Source of the DNA: Nitrospirota bacterium
Lineage (GTDB): Bacteria; Nitrospirota; Nitrospiria; 2-01-FULL-66-17
Reading direction: 5' to 3'
NCBI GenBank assembly: GCA_049325335.1
Contig: JBMOMC010000002.1
Span: 389,805 to 453,804 of the forward strand
Length of the DNA stretch: 64,000 nt
Of this stretch, positions 44,220 to 54,533 are shown one piece after another. The notes beneath the pieces were generated by a model. It made no database searches, was not told the DNA's origin, and worked only from the letters and a program-made list of their open reading frames with translations. Each line of letters starts with the position of its first letter. The stretch's first letter is position 1. A program made the translations under genes and the position numbers.

Positions 44220-45803
44220 GTGGGTCAACTCAGCGACTACACGGTGGTCGACAAGATCGGGGAAGGCGGCATGGCCTCGGTGTTCCGGGGCGTGCAGACG
44301 TCGCTCAACCGGCCGGTGGCGATCAAGGTCCTGTCCAAGAAACTCATCCAGCACCCGGAGATCGTGGAGCGTTTTAATCACGAGTCCTTGATCATCGCGC
44401 GCCTCAATCATCCGAACATCATCCACGTGATCGACCGCGGCATCGCGGACGGCGGGCCGTATTTTGTCATGGATTTCGTGGAAGGAACCGACCTGGCGCG
44501 GATCATCCGGGCGGGCTCATACGATTTTACGCGCAAGGTGGAGGTGATCCTCCAGGTGTGTAAGGCGTTGGCCTACGCGCATAAGAACGGGGTGATCCAC
44601 CGGGACATCAAGCCCGCCAACATTTTGATCGACGGAGAAGGTAACGCGTTGGTGTCGGACTTCGGCATCGCGCAATTGTTCGAGGGCGCGGCGGGCGCGG
44701 GTGGGGAGTCCGGGCGGCGTATCGTGATGGGCACGCCTAGTTATATGTCCCCGGAACAGAAGGCGGATTCTTCCCGCGTAACGGCGGCGAGCGACCTCTT
44801 TTCCTTGGGCGTGGTGATGTACGAGCTGTTCGCGGGGACAAAACCTCCGCAGCCGATCCGGGCGCCGTCCACGATCAAACCGGAGATTCCGGAAGCGCTT
44901 GACTGCATCATCCTCCGGTGTGTGGAGCCGGATCCGGCTGATCGGTTCGCCTCCGCGGACGAACTCAAGGATCGCCTGCTGGATGTGGCGCAGGGCGCGC
45001 ACATTCAGCAGGCGCAGCGTGACCAGGCGCTGCAGGGCATCCGGAGTCTGGCCGAAAAGTTTGTCCTGCGCGACGTGATCAAGGAGCACCGGTACGGCGC
45101 GGTGTACGTACTCGAAGACCGCCGGACGCACCAGTTGATGGTGCTCAAGAAGGTCACCAACAAAACCGGCGGTTTGGAAGAATCGCGTCGGCTCTCCAAG
45201 CTGGACCACCCGCACCTTGCCGGCGTGTACGGCACGTCCAGCAACGACAAGGCGTTTATCATCGTGATGGAGTACGTGAGCAGCGGCAGCCTCAAAGACC
45301 GGATGGCCCAAGTGCGTCCGTGGCGCGAGGCGCTGGGGACGCTGCGGGAGATTTGCGACGGGATGGCGTTTGCGCACCGGCACCAGATCGTGCACGGCAA
45401 CTTGCGGCCGACGAATATTCTCATCTCGCGGGACGGCAGGGTCAAGTTGGCGGATTTCGGGTTGGACGAGCACTACGCCGAAGGCGACGGCCAGACCAAC
45501 TGGTACAGCCGCCCCGGTGAACCGTACTCCGCGCGGGGCGATATCTTTTCGGTCGGCGTCATTCTGTACGAAATGCTCACTGGGTCGATTCCGGTGGAAC
45601 GCGGGGGGCGCTATATCCATCACGATTCGTTCCGACGATTGCCGCGTCCGCTGCAGGCCGTGGTCAACAAAATGATTGCCCTGGAACCGGCCGACCGGTA
45701 CCCCAGCTTCGACGACGTGCTCGTCTCGGTGGACGGCCTGTTGTCCGACGCGACCCTGGGCGATCGGCCCGTGGAACCGACCCCGGTTCCCTCCGCGACC
45801 TAA
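44220..45803 (+). CDS. Ser/Thr protein kinase with a second, degenerate kinase domain
   Basis: IGEGGM, VAIK, HRDIKPAN, DFG, GTPSYMSPEQ; second domain HGNLRP.N, DFG. Confidence 0.9.
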   Translation: MGQLSDYTVVDKIGEGGMASVFRGVQTSLNRPVAIKVLSKKLIQHPEIVERFNHESLIIARLNHPNIIHVIDRGIADGGPYFVMDFVEGTDLARIIRAGSYDFTRKVEVILQVCKALAYAHKNGVIHRDIKPANILIDGEGNALVSDFGIAQLFEGAAGAGGESGRRIVMGTPSYMSPEQKADSSRVTAASDLFSLGVVMYELFAGTKPPQPIRAPSTIKPEIPEALDCIILRCVEPDPADRFASADELKDRLLDVAQGAHIQQAQRDQALQGIRSLAEKFVLRDVIKEHRYGAVYVLEDRRTHQLMVLKKVTNKTGGLEESRRLSKLDHPHLAGVYGTSSNDKAFIIVMEYVSSGSLKDRMAQVRPWREALGTLREICDGMAFAHRHQIVHGNLRPTNILISRDGRVKLADFGLDEHYAEGDGQTNWYSRPGEPYSARGDIFSVGVILYEMLTGSIPVERGGRYIHHDSFRRLPRPLQAVVNKMIALEPADRYPSFDDVLVSVDGLLSDATLGDRPVEPTPVPSAT

Positions 45804-45864
45804 TCCCGACGCGTACGCTCCGCGCGTGTTGACCCTCCGTTGACCACGGGGGTACGATCCGCGT

Positions 45865-47607
45865 ATGACCAACGCCGAGGTCGTCCGCATCATGCGCGAG
45901 ATCGCCCTGTTCCTCGACATGGAGGGCGACCGGTTCCGGCCGCGGGCCTACGAGAAGATCGCACACGCCATCGAGGCGCTCGCCGAGCCGCTCGCCGAGG
46001 TGTACCGACGCGGCGGGGTCAAGGCGCTCGGCAAGATTCCTGGGATTGGGACGCACACCGCGGATAAAATCGCCACATTGCTCGACACGGGACGACTCCC
46101 GTATTACGACGAGCTCCGACGCAAAACGCCGGTGGACGTTACGGGATTGTCCGCAATCGAGGGCCTCGGCCCCAAGATGATCAAAGCGCTCTACGACCAC
46201 CTCGGCGTACAAACCGTGGATGATTTAGAGGCCGCGGCCAGGGCCGGCAAAGTCCGCCCGCTCCCGCACTTCGGGGAAAAGAGCGAACAGAAGATTCTCA
46301 AGGGCATCGCGTTTCTCAGAAAGAGCAGCGGGCGCATTCCGTTGGGCGAGGCGTGGCCGCTGATGCAGGCCTTGGCCGAGCGGCTGCGCGCGGTACCGGG
46401 TGTGGAACGCATCGAGGTCGCGGGTTCGATCCGGCGGCGCAAGGAGACCATCGGGGACGGCGATCTGCTGGTGGTCTCCCGCGACCCCGCGCGCGTCATG
46501 GCCGCGCTGGTGGAGTCACGCGACGTGGCGGACGTCATCGCGCACGGTCCGACCAAGACCAGCGTGAAATTGCGATCGGGGATGGACGTGGACATGCGCG
46601 TGGTCCCGGCGGAAAGTTTCGGCGCCGCCCTGGTGTATTTTACCGGCAGCAAGGCGCACAACATCGCGCTGCGCAAATTGGCGATCGCTAAGGGATTGAA
46701 ACTGTCCGAATACGGGGTGTTTCGCGGCGAGCGGTCGGTGGCGGGGCTGACCGAGGACGCCGTGTACGCGGCGCTCGGTTTGCCCTACATTCATCCGGAG
46801 CTGCGCGAAGACACCGGCGAGATTGAGGCGGGACTGGCGGGCGCGTTGCCGGATCTGATCGGCTACAACGACCTGCGCGGCGACTTGCAAACGCAGACCA
46901 ATTGGACCGACGGCGCGCATACGATCGAGGAGATGGCGCGCGAAGCCAAACGTCGAGGACTCGAATACATCGCGATTACGGATCACACCAAGAGCCTGGC
47001 CATGACCGGGGGATCGGATGAGAAAAAACTCCGCAAACAGATGGCCGCGATCAACGAGCTCAACGCGAAGGGACCGGGGATCACGATCCTCACGGGCGCG
47101 GAGGTCAATATCAATAAAGATGGCACGCTGGACATTGACGACGAGACATTGGCCCAGCTCGACGTGGTGGGCGTGGCCGTCCACGCGCATTTTCATCTCT
47201 CGCGCGAGGCGCAAACTCGCCGCGTCATCCGCGCGATGGAGAACCCGCACGCGGACATCCTCTTCCATCCCACCGGCCGACTGATCGGCAAACGCGAGGC
47301 GTACGAGATCGACATCGACGCGGTGATCGCCGCGGCCAAACGTACGGGGACCGTGTTGGAGATCGACGCGTTTCCCGAGCGGCTGGACCTCAAAGACGAA
47401 CACGCGCGCAAGGCCGCGGCCGCGGGCGTGAACCTCGTCATCGACTCCGACGCGCACCACATGAGCCATTTCGACGTCCTGCATTACGGCATTGCGACCG
47501 CGCGGCGGGGGTGGGTGCGCAAGGACGACGTGATCAACACGCGTTCCCTGGGGAAGTTTCTTCTGGCGCTCAAGGGCGCGAAGCGAGCGACGCATACCTC
47601 GCGATAA
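45865..47607 (+). CDS. polX: DNA polymerase X with PHP domain
   Basis: IPGIG, AGS.RR.KETIGD.D, YFTGSK.HN, PELRE, ITDH, DSDAH. Confidence 0.95.
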   Translation: MTNAEVVRIMREIALFLDMEGDRFRPRAYEKIAHAIEALAEPLAEVYRRGGVKALGKIPGIGTHTADKIATLLDTGRLPYYDELRRKTPVDVTGLSAIEGLGPKMIKALYDHLGVQTVDDLEAAARAGKVRPLPHFGEKSEQKILKGIAFLRKSSGRIPLGEAWPLMQALAERLRAVPGVERIEVAGSIRRRKETIGDGDLLVVSRDPARVMAALVESRDVADVIAHGPTKTSVKLRSGMDVDMRVVPAESFGAALVYFTGSKAHNIALRKLAIAKGLKLSEYGVFRGERSVAGLTEDAVYAALGLPYIHPELREDTGEIEAGLAGALPDLIGYNDLRGDLQTQTNWTDGAHTIEEMAREAKRRGLEYIAITDHTKSLAMTGGSDEKKLRKQMAAINELNAKGPGITILTGAEVNINKDGTLDIDDETLAQLDVVGVAVHAHFHLSREAQTRRVIRAMENPHADILFHPTGRLIGKREAYEIDIDAVIAAAKRTGTVLEIDAFPERLDLKDEHARKAAAAGVNLVIDSDAHHMSHFDVLHYGIATARRGWVRKDDVINTRSLGKFLLALKGAKRATHTSR

Positions 47608-47636
47608 CTCGACCGTTACGCTTGCGTGAGCGCCGA

Positions 47637-48422
47637 CTATCCCGACGGTCTCTCCGTGTCAGGCACGACGAACGGCAACGATGCGGGCGGCAGTTCGCGG
47701 CACGCGACCAGTACGTATGTGTGCCGATGGTCGGACCACTGCAGCACGTGGCGACCTTCGACGCGGGCCGCGTGAAACAACACGTTTTTGAACGCCAGGG
47801 CCTCGCCGCCGTTGAACGGACTCGTCCGCGTGGGGGCGATCAGCAGCGAGACCGGTGTGCCCTCCCACGTGTAGGTCAAGATCGCGGATACGGTCGGCCC
47901 CGCCCGCACGGCGGCGCCGACCAGGCGCACCTCGGCGGGGTCGTGAGTCGGGATGCGGAGCGGGAAGGGCGTCCGTTGGCGCAACCAGTGTTCCACCTCG
48001 CGATGATCGGCGGCGTGGAACTGAAGCCGATCAGGATCCGTGAGATAGATGCGGTGTTCGGTCAAGGCCACGTTTACCAGTTCGGGCACGTGCGCGCGAG
48101 GGATCACGAAGAAGACCGCTAAGGCCGCGACGGCCGCGCCCATGCCGGGGGAGACGAGCGCCCACCGACGGCGTTGCGTGCCCCGAACCCGGGTGACTTC
48201 GTTGGAGAGCGCTTCGCGGACCGCCAGGCGCGTGTGTTCGGGCACTGGATTGGGTTCGAGGACAGTTGTCGTCAGGGAGACAAACGTTTGCTCGTTGATC
48301 AACACCTCGCGGCAGGATTCGCACTCCGCAACATGGGCGTGGACGCGCAGGGATTCTTTGACGTCCAACTCTCGGTCGACCGTGGCGTGGACGAGCTGTC
48401 GGATCGTCGAACAATCGTACAC
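47637..48422 (-). CDS. Anti-sigma factor (zf-HC2, RsiW-like)
   Basis: C......L..VD.EL, H...C..C zinc motif, TM helix, periplasmic domain; GGGAGGG RBS before GTG 48422. Confidence 0.8.
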   Translation of the reverse strand: MYDCSTIRQLVHATVDRELDVKESLRVHAHVAECESCREVLINEQTFVSLTTTVLEPNPVPEHTRLAVREALSNEVTRVRGTQRRRWALVSPGMGAAVAALAVFFVIPRAHVPELVNVALTEHRIYLTDPDRLQFHAADHREVEHWLRQRTPFPLRIPTHDPAEVRLVGAAVRAGPTVSAILTYTWEGTPVSLLIAPTRTSPFNGGEALAFKNVLFHAARVEGRHVLQWSDHRHTYVLVACRELPPASLPFVVPDTERPSG

Positions 48423-48904
48423 CGCGAGCCACCCTCCCGAGATGCCGAATGTGGACGCCGACACGACACAGCCGGGCGTCCGACATGCCAATAATCAACG
48501 TGGATTATTGTCACCTCGGCGGCCCGGCTGTCTTCGATGATCAAAGATCCGGTGCTTTGCGTCCTGCCGTCGCCGGCAGTTTGCCCTGATGGAAGGTGTG
48601 TTAGCGTCTACGTCTTACGCGTCAGTCCTTTCGGTTCGCCACGCGGCGAATAATTGTTCACGGTCATACCACGCGGTTCCCGCGCCCGTCAAGAGGGGGG
48701 CGGACGCCCTTGCGATGGGCCGTCCGCCGAGAGGTATGCCGAGTCGGTCATGCCGCGATCGCACGTCCATCGTGTCGCCGCTGCGGCGCATGATCCTCCC
48801 GCGAGATATCTTCCGAACGGTTTACAGAAATCCCGACCTCAGCTATGCTGAAGCGCTGTTGTCTTCAGACGACAGTCACCCACGTTCCGATCGTAGGAGG
48901 AAGC

Positions 48905-49852
48905 ATGGCCAGGACGCAGACAGGGATGTCTCGGTGCGGGATTGTGTTGGCCGGCGGCGACGGCAGCCGTTTGGAATCGTTCGTGCGGCGTCTGCGCGGT
49001 GATGCGTTGCCGAAGCAATACGTGGATTTTACCGGCCGCGGGTCGTTGCTGGAGCAGACGTTCCACCGCGCCGAACGGTTGATTCCCGCGCGGCGGCTCT
49101 TTACCGTGGTCAGCCGCCATCATTTTGTGTTTCCCGACGTGTGGCGACAACTCGCGGACCGTCCGGGCGGCCGGGTGGTGGTTCAGCCGGAGAACAAGGA
49201 CACCGCGCCGGGCCTCCTGCTCCCTTTGGTTCGCGTGTTGGGGGAGTACGGAGACGGCACGGTGGTGGTGTTTCCATCGGACCACTCGATTGATGACGAC
49301 GAGGCGTTTATGGCGTACGTGGAGCGGGCCTGCGAGGCCGTCGAGCATCGGCCGTCGCGCATGGTGTTGCTGGGGGTGGCGCCCACCACGCCCGAGGCGG
49401 ATTACGGATACGTGGTGCCCGGAGGGTCCGGGCCCGGCGGGCTGCGTCCGGTGACGCGGTTCGTGGAAAAGCCCGGCGCCGTTCGCGCGGCCGAACTCAT
49501 CGCGCGCGGCGCGCTCTGGAACAGCTTCGTGATGGTGTTCCGCGCGAAAACGCTCTGGGAGTATGTGGAGTCATTGACGCCGTCGCTGGCCGCGGCGTTT
49601 CGACGTTTGGCATTGGCCGAGACCCCCAAGGCGGAACGTGCGGACATCGACGAGGTGTACCGGTGTATCCAACCGGTCAATTTTTCCTCCGCGTTTCTGC
49701 GACGGTTGCCCGGTCTCGTGCGGCCCGCGCTCACCGTGCTGGAGATGGGCGGCGTCGGGTGGACCGATTGCGGGGTCGAGGCGCGCCTGCCGGAAGCGGT
49801 TCGCGAAGCGGCGCGCGCGCCGATCGCCGACCCGGTGCCGCTCTGCGCGTGA
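48905..49852 (+). CDS. Mannose-1-phosphate guanylyltransferase-like nucleotidyltransferase
   Basis: VLAGGDGSRL, PKQY, QPENKDTAPG, FPSDH, YGY, FVEKP, LWNSF, GWTD.G. Confidence 0.85.
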   Translation: MARTQTGMSRCGIVLAGGDGSRLESFVRRLRGDALPKQYVDFTGRGSLLEQTFHRAERLIPARRLFTVVSRHHFVFPDVWRQLADRPGGRVVVQPENKDTAPGLLLPLVRVLGEYGDGTVVVFPSDHSIDDDEAFMAYVERACEAVEHRPSRMVLLGVAPTTPEADYGYVVPGGSGPGGLRPVTRFVEKPGAVRAAELIARGALWNSFVMVFRAKTLWEYVESLTPSLAAAFRRLALAETPKAERADIDEVYRCIQPVNFSSAFLRRLPGLVRPALTVLEMGGVGWTDCGVEARLPEAVREAARAPIADPVPLCA

Positions 49853-49965
49853 CCGGTTCGCGCTGATCGTCCGGCGTCCCGCCGCCGACCCCGTGGCCGG
49901 GCGCAGAGTTCCGTCCGGTCGTCTTGACTTCGCACCACCCGTTGCCTAAGATGCACTGCGATTTC

Positions 49966-50038
49966 GCGGGCGTAGCTCAGCTGGTAGAGTCCCAGCTTCC
50001 CAAGCTGGTTGTCGCGGGTTCAAATCCCGTCGCCCGCT
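49966..50038 (+). tRNA. tRNA-Gly (CCC), CCA not encoded
   Basis: GCGGGCG...CGCCCGC-T, anticodon arm CCAGC-TTCCCAA-GCTGG, GGTTCAAATCC. Confidence 0.93.
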
Positions 50039-50177
50039 CATTCGGACGGATCCTTCACGCGCTTGGTTCGGCTTGACGCACGATTGGTAGCCCGCTCGAT
50101 CGACCCTCCGGGGCGCCGTGACTCGGCGCCCCACGTGTTCTCTCAGGCCGCGTCCGGTGACTGAGCCGGACGGCCGG

Positions 50178-50843
50178 ATGGCGCCGCTGCCCCGCGCCGT
50201 GACCGCGCGATTCGGCGCCGCGGCCACGCGGCTATATCTGATTCGTCACGGCGAAGTGGTGAAGGCGCGTCCCAACACGTACCACGGGCACCGGGACGTG
50301 GATCTCACGGAGGCGGGCGTCGCGCAACTGGATCGGGTGGCGGAGCGTCTGGCCTCCGCGCCCCTGCGCGCGGTGTATTCGAGCACGCTGCAGCGAAGCC
50401 GCCGGGGGGCGTTGCAAGTGGCCAAACCGCACGGGTTGGAGGTGCGCTCGCTCCCGGAGTTTCGAGAAAAACACTTCGGCGCGTGGGAAGGCCTGACGTA
50501 CGACGAGGTGGCGCAGCGCTATCCCGAGGCTTGGGCGCAATGGCTCGTTGATCCGCCCAGCGTGCGGCCGGAGGGGGGCGAGTCGTACGCCGAGATGCAG
50601 GCGCGCGTGCTCATCGCGCTCGCCGAGGTCATGGCCGCGCACTCCGGGGAGACGATTGCGTTGGTGGCGCACGGCGGGGTCAACCGCGCGATCCTCTGCC
50701 ACGCGTTGGGTCTGGATCTGACGTACGTGTTTCGGATCGAGCAGGACTACGGCGCAACCAACATCATCGACTTTTTCCCCGAGGGGCCCGCAGTGGTCAA
50801 GGGCATGAACGTGTTGTACTGGGATCAATCCGCCGGAGGATAA
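50178..50843 (+). CDS. Histidine phosphatase (CobC/phosphoglycerate mutase family)
   Basis: LIRHGE, SS.L.R, E..FG.WEG, GGES, VAHGG. Confidence 0.88.
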   Translation: MAPLPRAVTARFGAAATRLYLIRHGEVVKARPNTYHGHRDVDLTEAGVAQLDRVAERLASAPLRAVYSSTLQRSRRGALQVAKPHGLEVRSLPEFREKHFGAWEGLTYDEVAQRYPEAWAQWLVDPPSVRPEGGESYAEMQARVLIALAEVMAAHSGETIALVAHGGVNRAILCHALGLDLTYVFRIEQDYGATNIIDFFPEGPAVVKGMNVLYWDQSAGG

Positions 50844-50855
50844 CAGGGAGAGGCC

Positions 50856-51866
50856 ATGCGGTTAACCACGATCGACCAACACATCATCGCGCAGCAACGC
50901 AAGTTTCCCGGCGTGTCGGGTGAGTTCTCCGGCCTGCTGTATGACATTGCGCTGGCGGCTAAGCTGGTCTCCAAAGAAGTGAACCGCGCCGGGTTGGGCG
51001 ATCTGCTCGGGTCCATGGGCGAGATGAACGTCCAGGGCGAAATCGTGCAGAAGATGGATAAGTTCACCAACGACCTGTTCATCCGGATTCTGAGCGGCGG
51101 CGGCCGGGTGTGCGCGATCGCCACCGAGGAAAACGAGCGCATCGTCGAGATTCGAGACGACGGGTTCGAGGGAAAATACGCGATCAATATGGACCCGCTC
51201 GACGGCTCGTCCAATATCGACGTGAACGTCAGCGTGGGGACGATCTTCTCGCTGCACCGCAAACGCAGCCCGGGCCGGCACGGCGCGGAAGAGGACTGTT
51301 TGCAGATCGGGTCCAAACAGGTCGGCGCGGGGTACGTGATCTACGGGTCCTCGACCATGCTCGTGTATACCACCGGTCTCGGAGTGCATGGGTTTACGCT
51401 GGAGCCCACGTTGGGGGAATTCATCCTCTCGCACCCGGACATCAAGATGCCCGCGCGCTGTTCGATGTACAGCGTGAACGAGGGGAATGCCCCCTATTGG
51501 GACGCGGGCACGCGCGCGTACGTGGACTCGCTCAAGGTGGTTGATGCCGGGTCGGGTCGTCCGTACAGTTCGCGCTACATCGGATCGTTGGTATCGGACG
51601 TTCACCGCAACCTCCTCAAGGGCGGAATTTTCCTATACCCCGCGGATCATAAAGATCCGAAGAAGCCCAGCGGGAAACTGCGTCTGCTGTTTGAAGCCGC
51701 GCCCATGGCGTTCATCGCGGAACAGGCCGGTGGTGCGGCCACCACCGGAAGCCAACGCATTTTGGATATCGAGCCCACGCACCTTCACCAGCGCGTGCCG
51801 CTCATCATCGGCCCGCGGGACGAGGTGGCGCGGTACGAAGACATGGTCAAGCGAGGGGGCGGCTGA
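50856..51866 (+). CDS. fbp: Class 1 fructose-1,6-bisphosphatase
   Basis: N.QGE...K.D, DPLDGSSNIDVN.SVGTIF, RYIGSLV.D.HR.L..GG.F.YP, GKLRLL.E. Confidence 0.96.
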   Translation: MRLTTIDQHIIAQQRKFPGVSGEFSGLLYDIALAAKLVSKEVNRAGLGDLLGSMGEMNVQGEIVQKMDKFTNDLFIRILSGGGRVCAIATEENERIVEIRDDGFEGKYAINMDPLDGSSNIDVNVSVGTIFSLHRKRSPGRHGAEEDCLQIGSKQVGAGYVIYGSSTMLVYTTGLGVHGFTLEPTLGEFILSHPDIKMPARCSMYSVNEGNAPYWDAGTRAYVDSLKVVDAGSGRPYSSRYIGSLVSDVHRNLLKGGIFLYPADHKDPKKPSGKLRLLFEAAPMAFIAEQAGGAATTGSQRILDIEPTHLHQRVPLIIGPRDEVARYEDMVKRGGG

Positions 51867-51924
51867 TTGTGGATGACGGAGGCATCGACCGCGCTCCGGA
51901 TAGAGACGGACCCGTAGACGCCCC

Positions 51925-53403
51925 GTGATCGTGAGCGCTGCCGGTTTTCGGCTGGGCGCCGTCCTCGCCGCCGTCGCGGTGTTTCTCGCCTGCACCCGCC
52001 AGGGCGGCGGACCCTATTCATCCAGGCCCCACCTCACCGACGCGCGACAGATCGACGCCGGTCGGTCCGTGTTTCGGTTCGAAACGTTCGGGAACGAGCG
52101 GTTTTTCAGCGACATCCTGGGTCTGGATGACGGGCTGACCGCGCACGCCGTCACGCCGAACGACTTGCTCGCGGCGGGGGTGCAATTGGACGGCGATAAA
52201 CTGCCGTCCGACTTTCGCCGCGTGGACGTGGGCAACGGGTCGTACACCGATCCGCTGGCCACGTCGCGTCTGATCGAAGCCAACGCCGTGATCGGACTCG
52301 TGGCGCGGCAAGGCCGCATCGGGGTGACCTGCGCCTTGTGCCATGCGCGCGCCGACGACCGGATCGACGCCGGCGTGGGTCGCCGAATGGACGGGGTCCC
52401 GAACGCGCGTCTGGCCGTCGGGGAGGTGTTGGCGTGGGGCGTGCGGTCTCGTGCGTATGTGCCGTTCGTGAACGTGTCGGGGGTGGGATCAGGGCCGCGC
52501 GTGGCCTTGGAAACCGCGGAGGCCCCGGCGGTGATCGAGACCGCGATGGACGCGGCGCTGCGGGCCTGGCCGCGGGGCCAGGCCGACGTGCTGCCGGACG
52601 GGGCCGGGAACCCCACCGATATCCCCGCCCTGTTCGCGTTGCGCCCGCACGGGCCGTACTTGTGGGACGGGGCGTTCGCCACGGTCACCGACGCGTCCCA
52701 GTATTTCGCGACCGTCGTCTCCGATCCCACCACGTTGGCGACGCGCTGGGGGCAGGGCTTTCTGACGGACGGTCCGTTCTGGCCGGTGGGCGAAGCATTG
52801 AGCGCGTCGTATCAGTCCATCCTGCAATCCATCGACCCCGGCGCGTCATGGCCTCGCGCCGCCATCGGTCGCGCGAGCATCTTCAAGCTGTTTCACGACG
52901 CCATGGACGCGGGGTTTCGGGTCAACCGGGACGATATCGCGGCGCTGAGCGCGTACCTCGGACTGCTCTTGCCGGCCGACGCTCCCCCGGCCGACGCGCA
53001 CACCATCGACGCCGGCCGCCGCCTGTTCCGCACCGCGGCTTGTGACGCCTGTCACTTGGAAGCCGTGGGCTCGGGCGGGGCGGTGGTGCCGCTGGCGACG
53101 CTGGTGTCCGGGTACCCCGCGACGCCGGGCGGGGGCGAGGACCCGGCCAGGGGGTACGATGACCGGCTGGCGCTCACCGCCGGTGAAGACGCGATCGAGC
53201 GCCGCGGCTACAAAGTCCCGTCGTTGGTGGGGCTGTGGTTGTCGGCCCCGTACCTGCACGACGGCTCGGTCTCCACGCTCAACGCCCTATTCGACCCCGC
53301 GCGCGGCGCCGGCTCGCCGCACCCGTACTTCGTGGACTCACCTCCGGACCGAGACGCCTTGGCCGCGTACCTGAACGCGTGGGACGGGCGGACGTACCCG
53401 TAA
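51925..53403 (+). CDS. Diheme c-type cytochrome lipoprotein (peroxidase/MauG/RoxA-like superfamily)
   Basis: Lipobox-like FLAC, CALCH and CDACH, YKVPSL.G....APYLHDGS. Confidence 0.75.
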   Translation: MIVSAAGFRLGAVLAAVAVFLACTRQGGGPYSSRPHLTDARQIDAGRSVFRFETFGNERFFSDILGLDDGLTAHAVTPNDLLAAGVQLDGDKLPSDFRRVDVGNGSYTDPLATSRLIEANAVIGLVARQGRIGVTCALCHARADDRIDAGVGRRMDGVPNARLAVGEVLAWGVRSRAYVPFVNVSGVGSGPRVALETAEAPAVIETAMDAALRAWPRGQADVLPDGAGNPTDIPALFALRPHGPYLWDGAFATVTDASQYFATVVSDPTTLATRWGQGFLTDGPFWPVGEALSASYQSILQSIDPGASWPRAAIGRASIFKLFHDAMDAGFRVNRDDIAALSAYLGLLLPADAPPADAHTIDAGRRLFRTAACDACHLEAVGSGGAVVPLATLVSGYPATPGGGEDPARGYDDRLALTAGEDAIERRGYKVPSLVGLWLSAPYLHDGSVSTLNALFDPARGAGSPHPYFVDSPPDRDALAAYLNAWDGRTYP

Positions 53404-53584
53404 CACCCGTGGCAGGACCATCGGGCATGGTACGGACCGGCCTGGTTCGGGCTCCGGCCCCCAATCGGCTCCCAGTCTTGAGTGTTTCGCTTGTGTCAGG
53501 TTCCGAGCCTGTGCTATACGTAGTCCCATTCTGCAAGACGCACGCAGCTCCACCCTTGGTTCTGCTTCAGCATCTTTATAATAA

Positions 53585-53603
53585 AAGTACTCTGACCCTG
53601 ATT
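53585..53603. repeat. Solitary right arm of a GGGTCAG-type hairpin preceding Rhs module 1
   Basis: AAGTACTCTGACCCTGATT shares CTGACCCTGATT with the hairpins at 58068 and 60621. Confidence 0.6.
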
Positions 53604-53609
53604 ATTCCT

Positions 53610-54533
53610 ACGTGACGGATATCCGATACGATGCCTTCAGCAAACGCACGCGCCTGGTCTTGGGCAACGGGACGCAGACCGACTACACCTATGACGCGGA
53701 CACGTTCCGCCTGCAACAACTCCGCACCCTCGGGCCGGGCGGCGTCCTGCAACACCTCAACTATACGTATGACGCGGTGGGCAACGTCCAGACGATTCGA
53801 GACGGCCTCAGCGCGGGGTACAGCGAGTCGTTCGATTACGACGACCTGCACCGACTCACCGGGGCGTTTGGGGCCTACGGCTCCCTCACCTACGCTTACG
53901 ATCCCATCGGCAACATGACGTGCAACAGCCAGATCAGCCCCTGCTCCGCCACGAGCCCCAACTACGCCTACCCGCCCAGCGGCGCCACCAGCGTGCGGCC
54001 GCACGCGGTGAACCAAGCGGGGCCGTACACGTACACCTACGACGCCAACGGCAACATGACCAGCGGGGCGGGGCGCAGCCTCACCTACGACGTGGACAAC
54101 CGGCCGACCAGCATGACGGTGGGGAGCAGCACGGTCACGTTCGCCTACGACTACAGCGGCGAGCGGGTGCGAAAGCAGGTGGCCGGCGGCGCGATGACCA
54201 CCTACGTCGGCGCGATCTATGAGTGCGCGGCAAGCTGCACCAAATACCTCTTTGCCGGCAGCACCCGCGTAGCGCAGAAGACGTCCGACGGCACCGTGGT
54301 GTACTTCCACGGCAATCACCTGGGCAGCACGCACATCGTGACCAACGCCGCCGGCGCCGCCGTGGAGGAGATCCACTACTACCCCTACGGCGGGACCTTC
54401 TCGGACACCAACGGCGAAGCCGGCGGCGTGAACCGCCGCTACACCGGCCAAGAGATGGACAGTGAAACGGGCTTGTATTACTACCACGCGCGGTACTATG
54501 ATCCGGTCCTGGGGCGATTTATCTCGGCGGATA
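53610..54533 (+). repeat. About 920-bp direct repeat of the Rhs core (second copy 60950-61873; partial copy about 58152-58575)
   Basis: Near-identical DNA at a constant offset of 7340 bp. Confidence 0.92.

Noticed and set aside
49966..53600. tRNA-Gly as integration site of the Rhs island
   Set aside because: Three host-like genes separate them; no integrase or duplicated tRNA 3' end seen.
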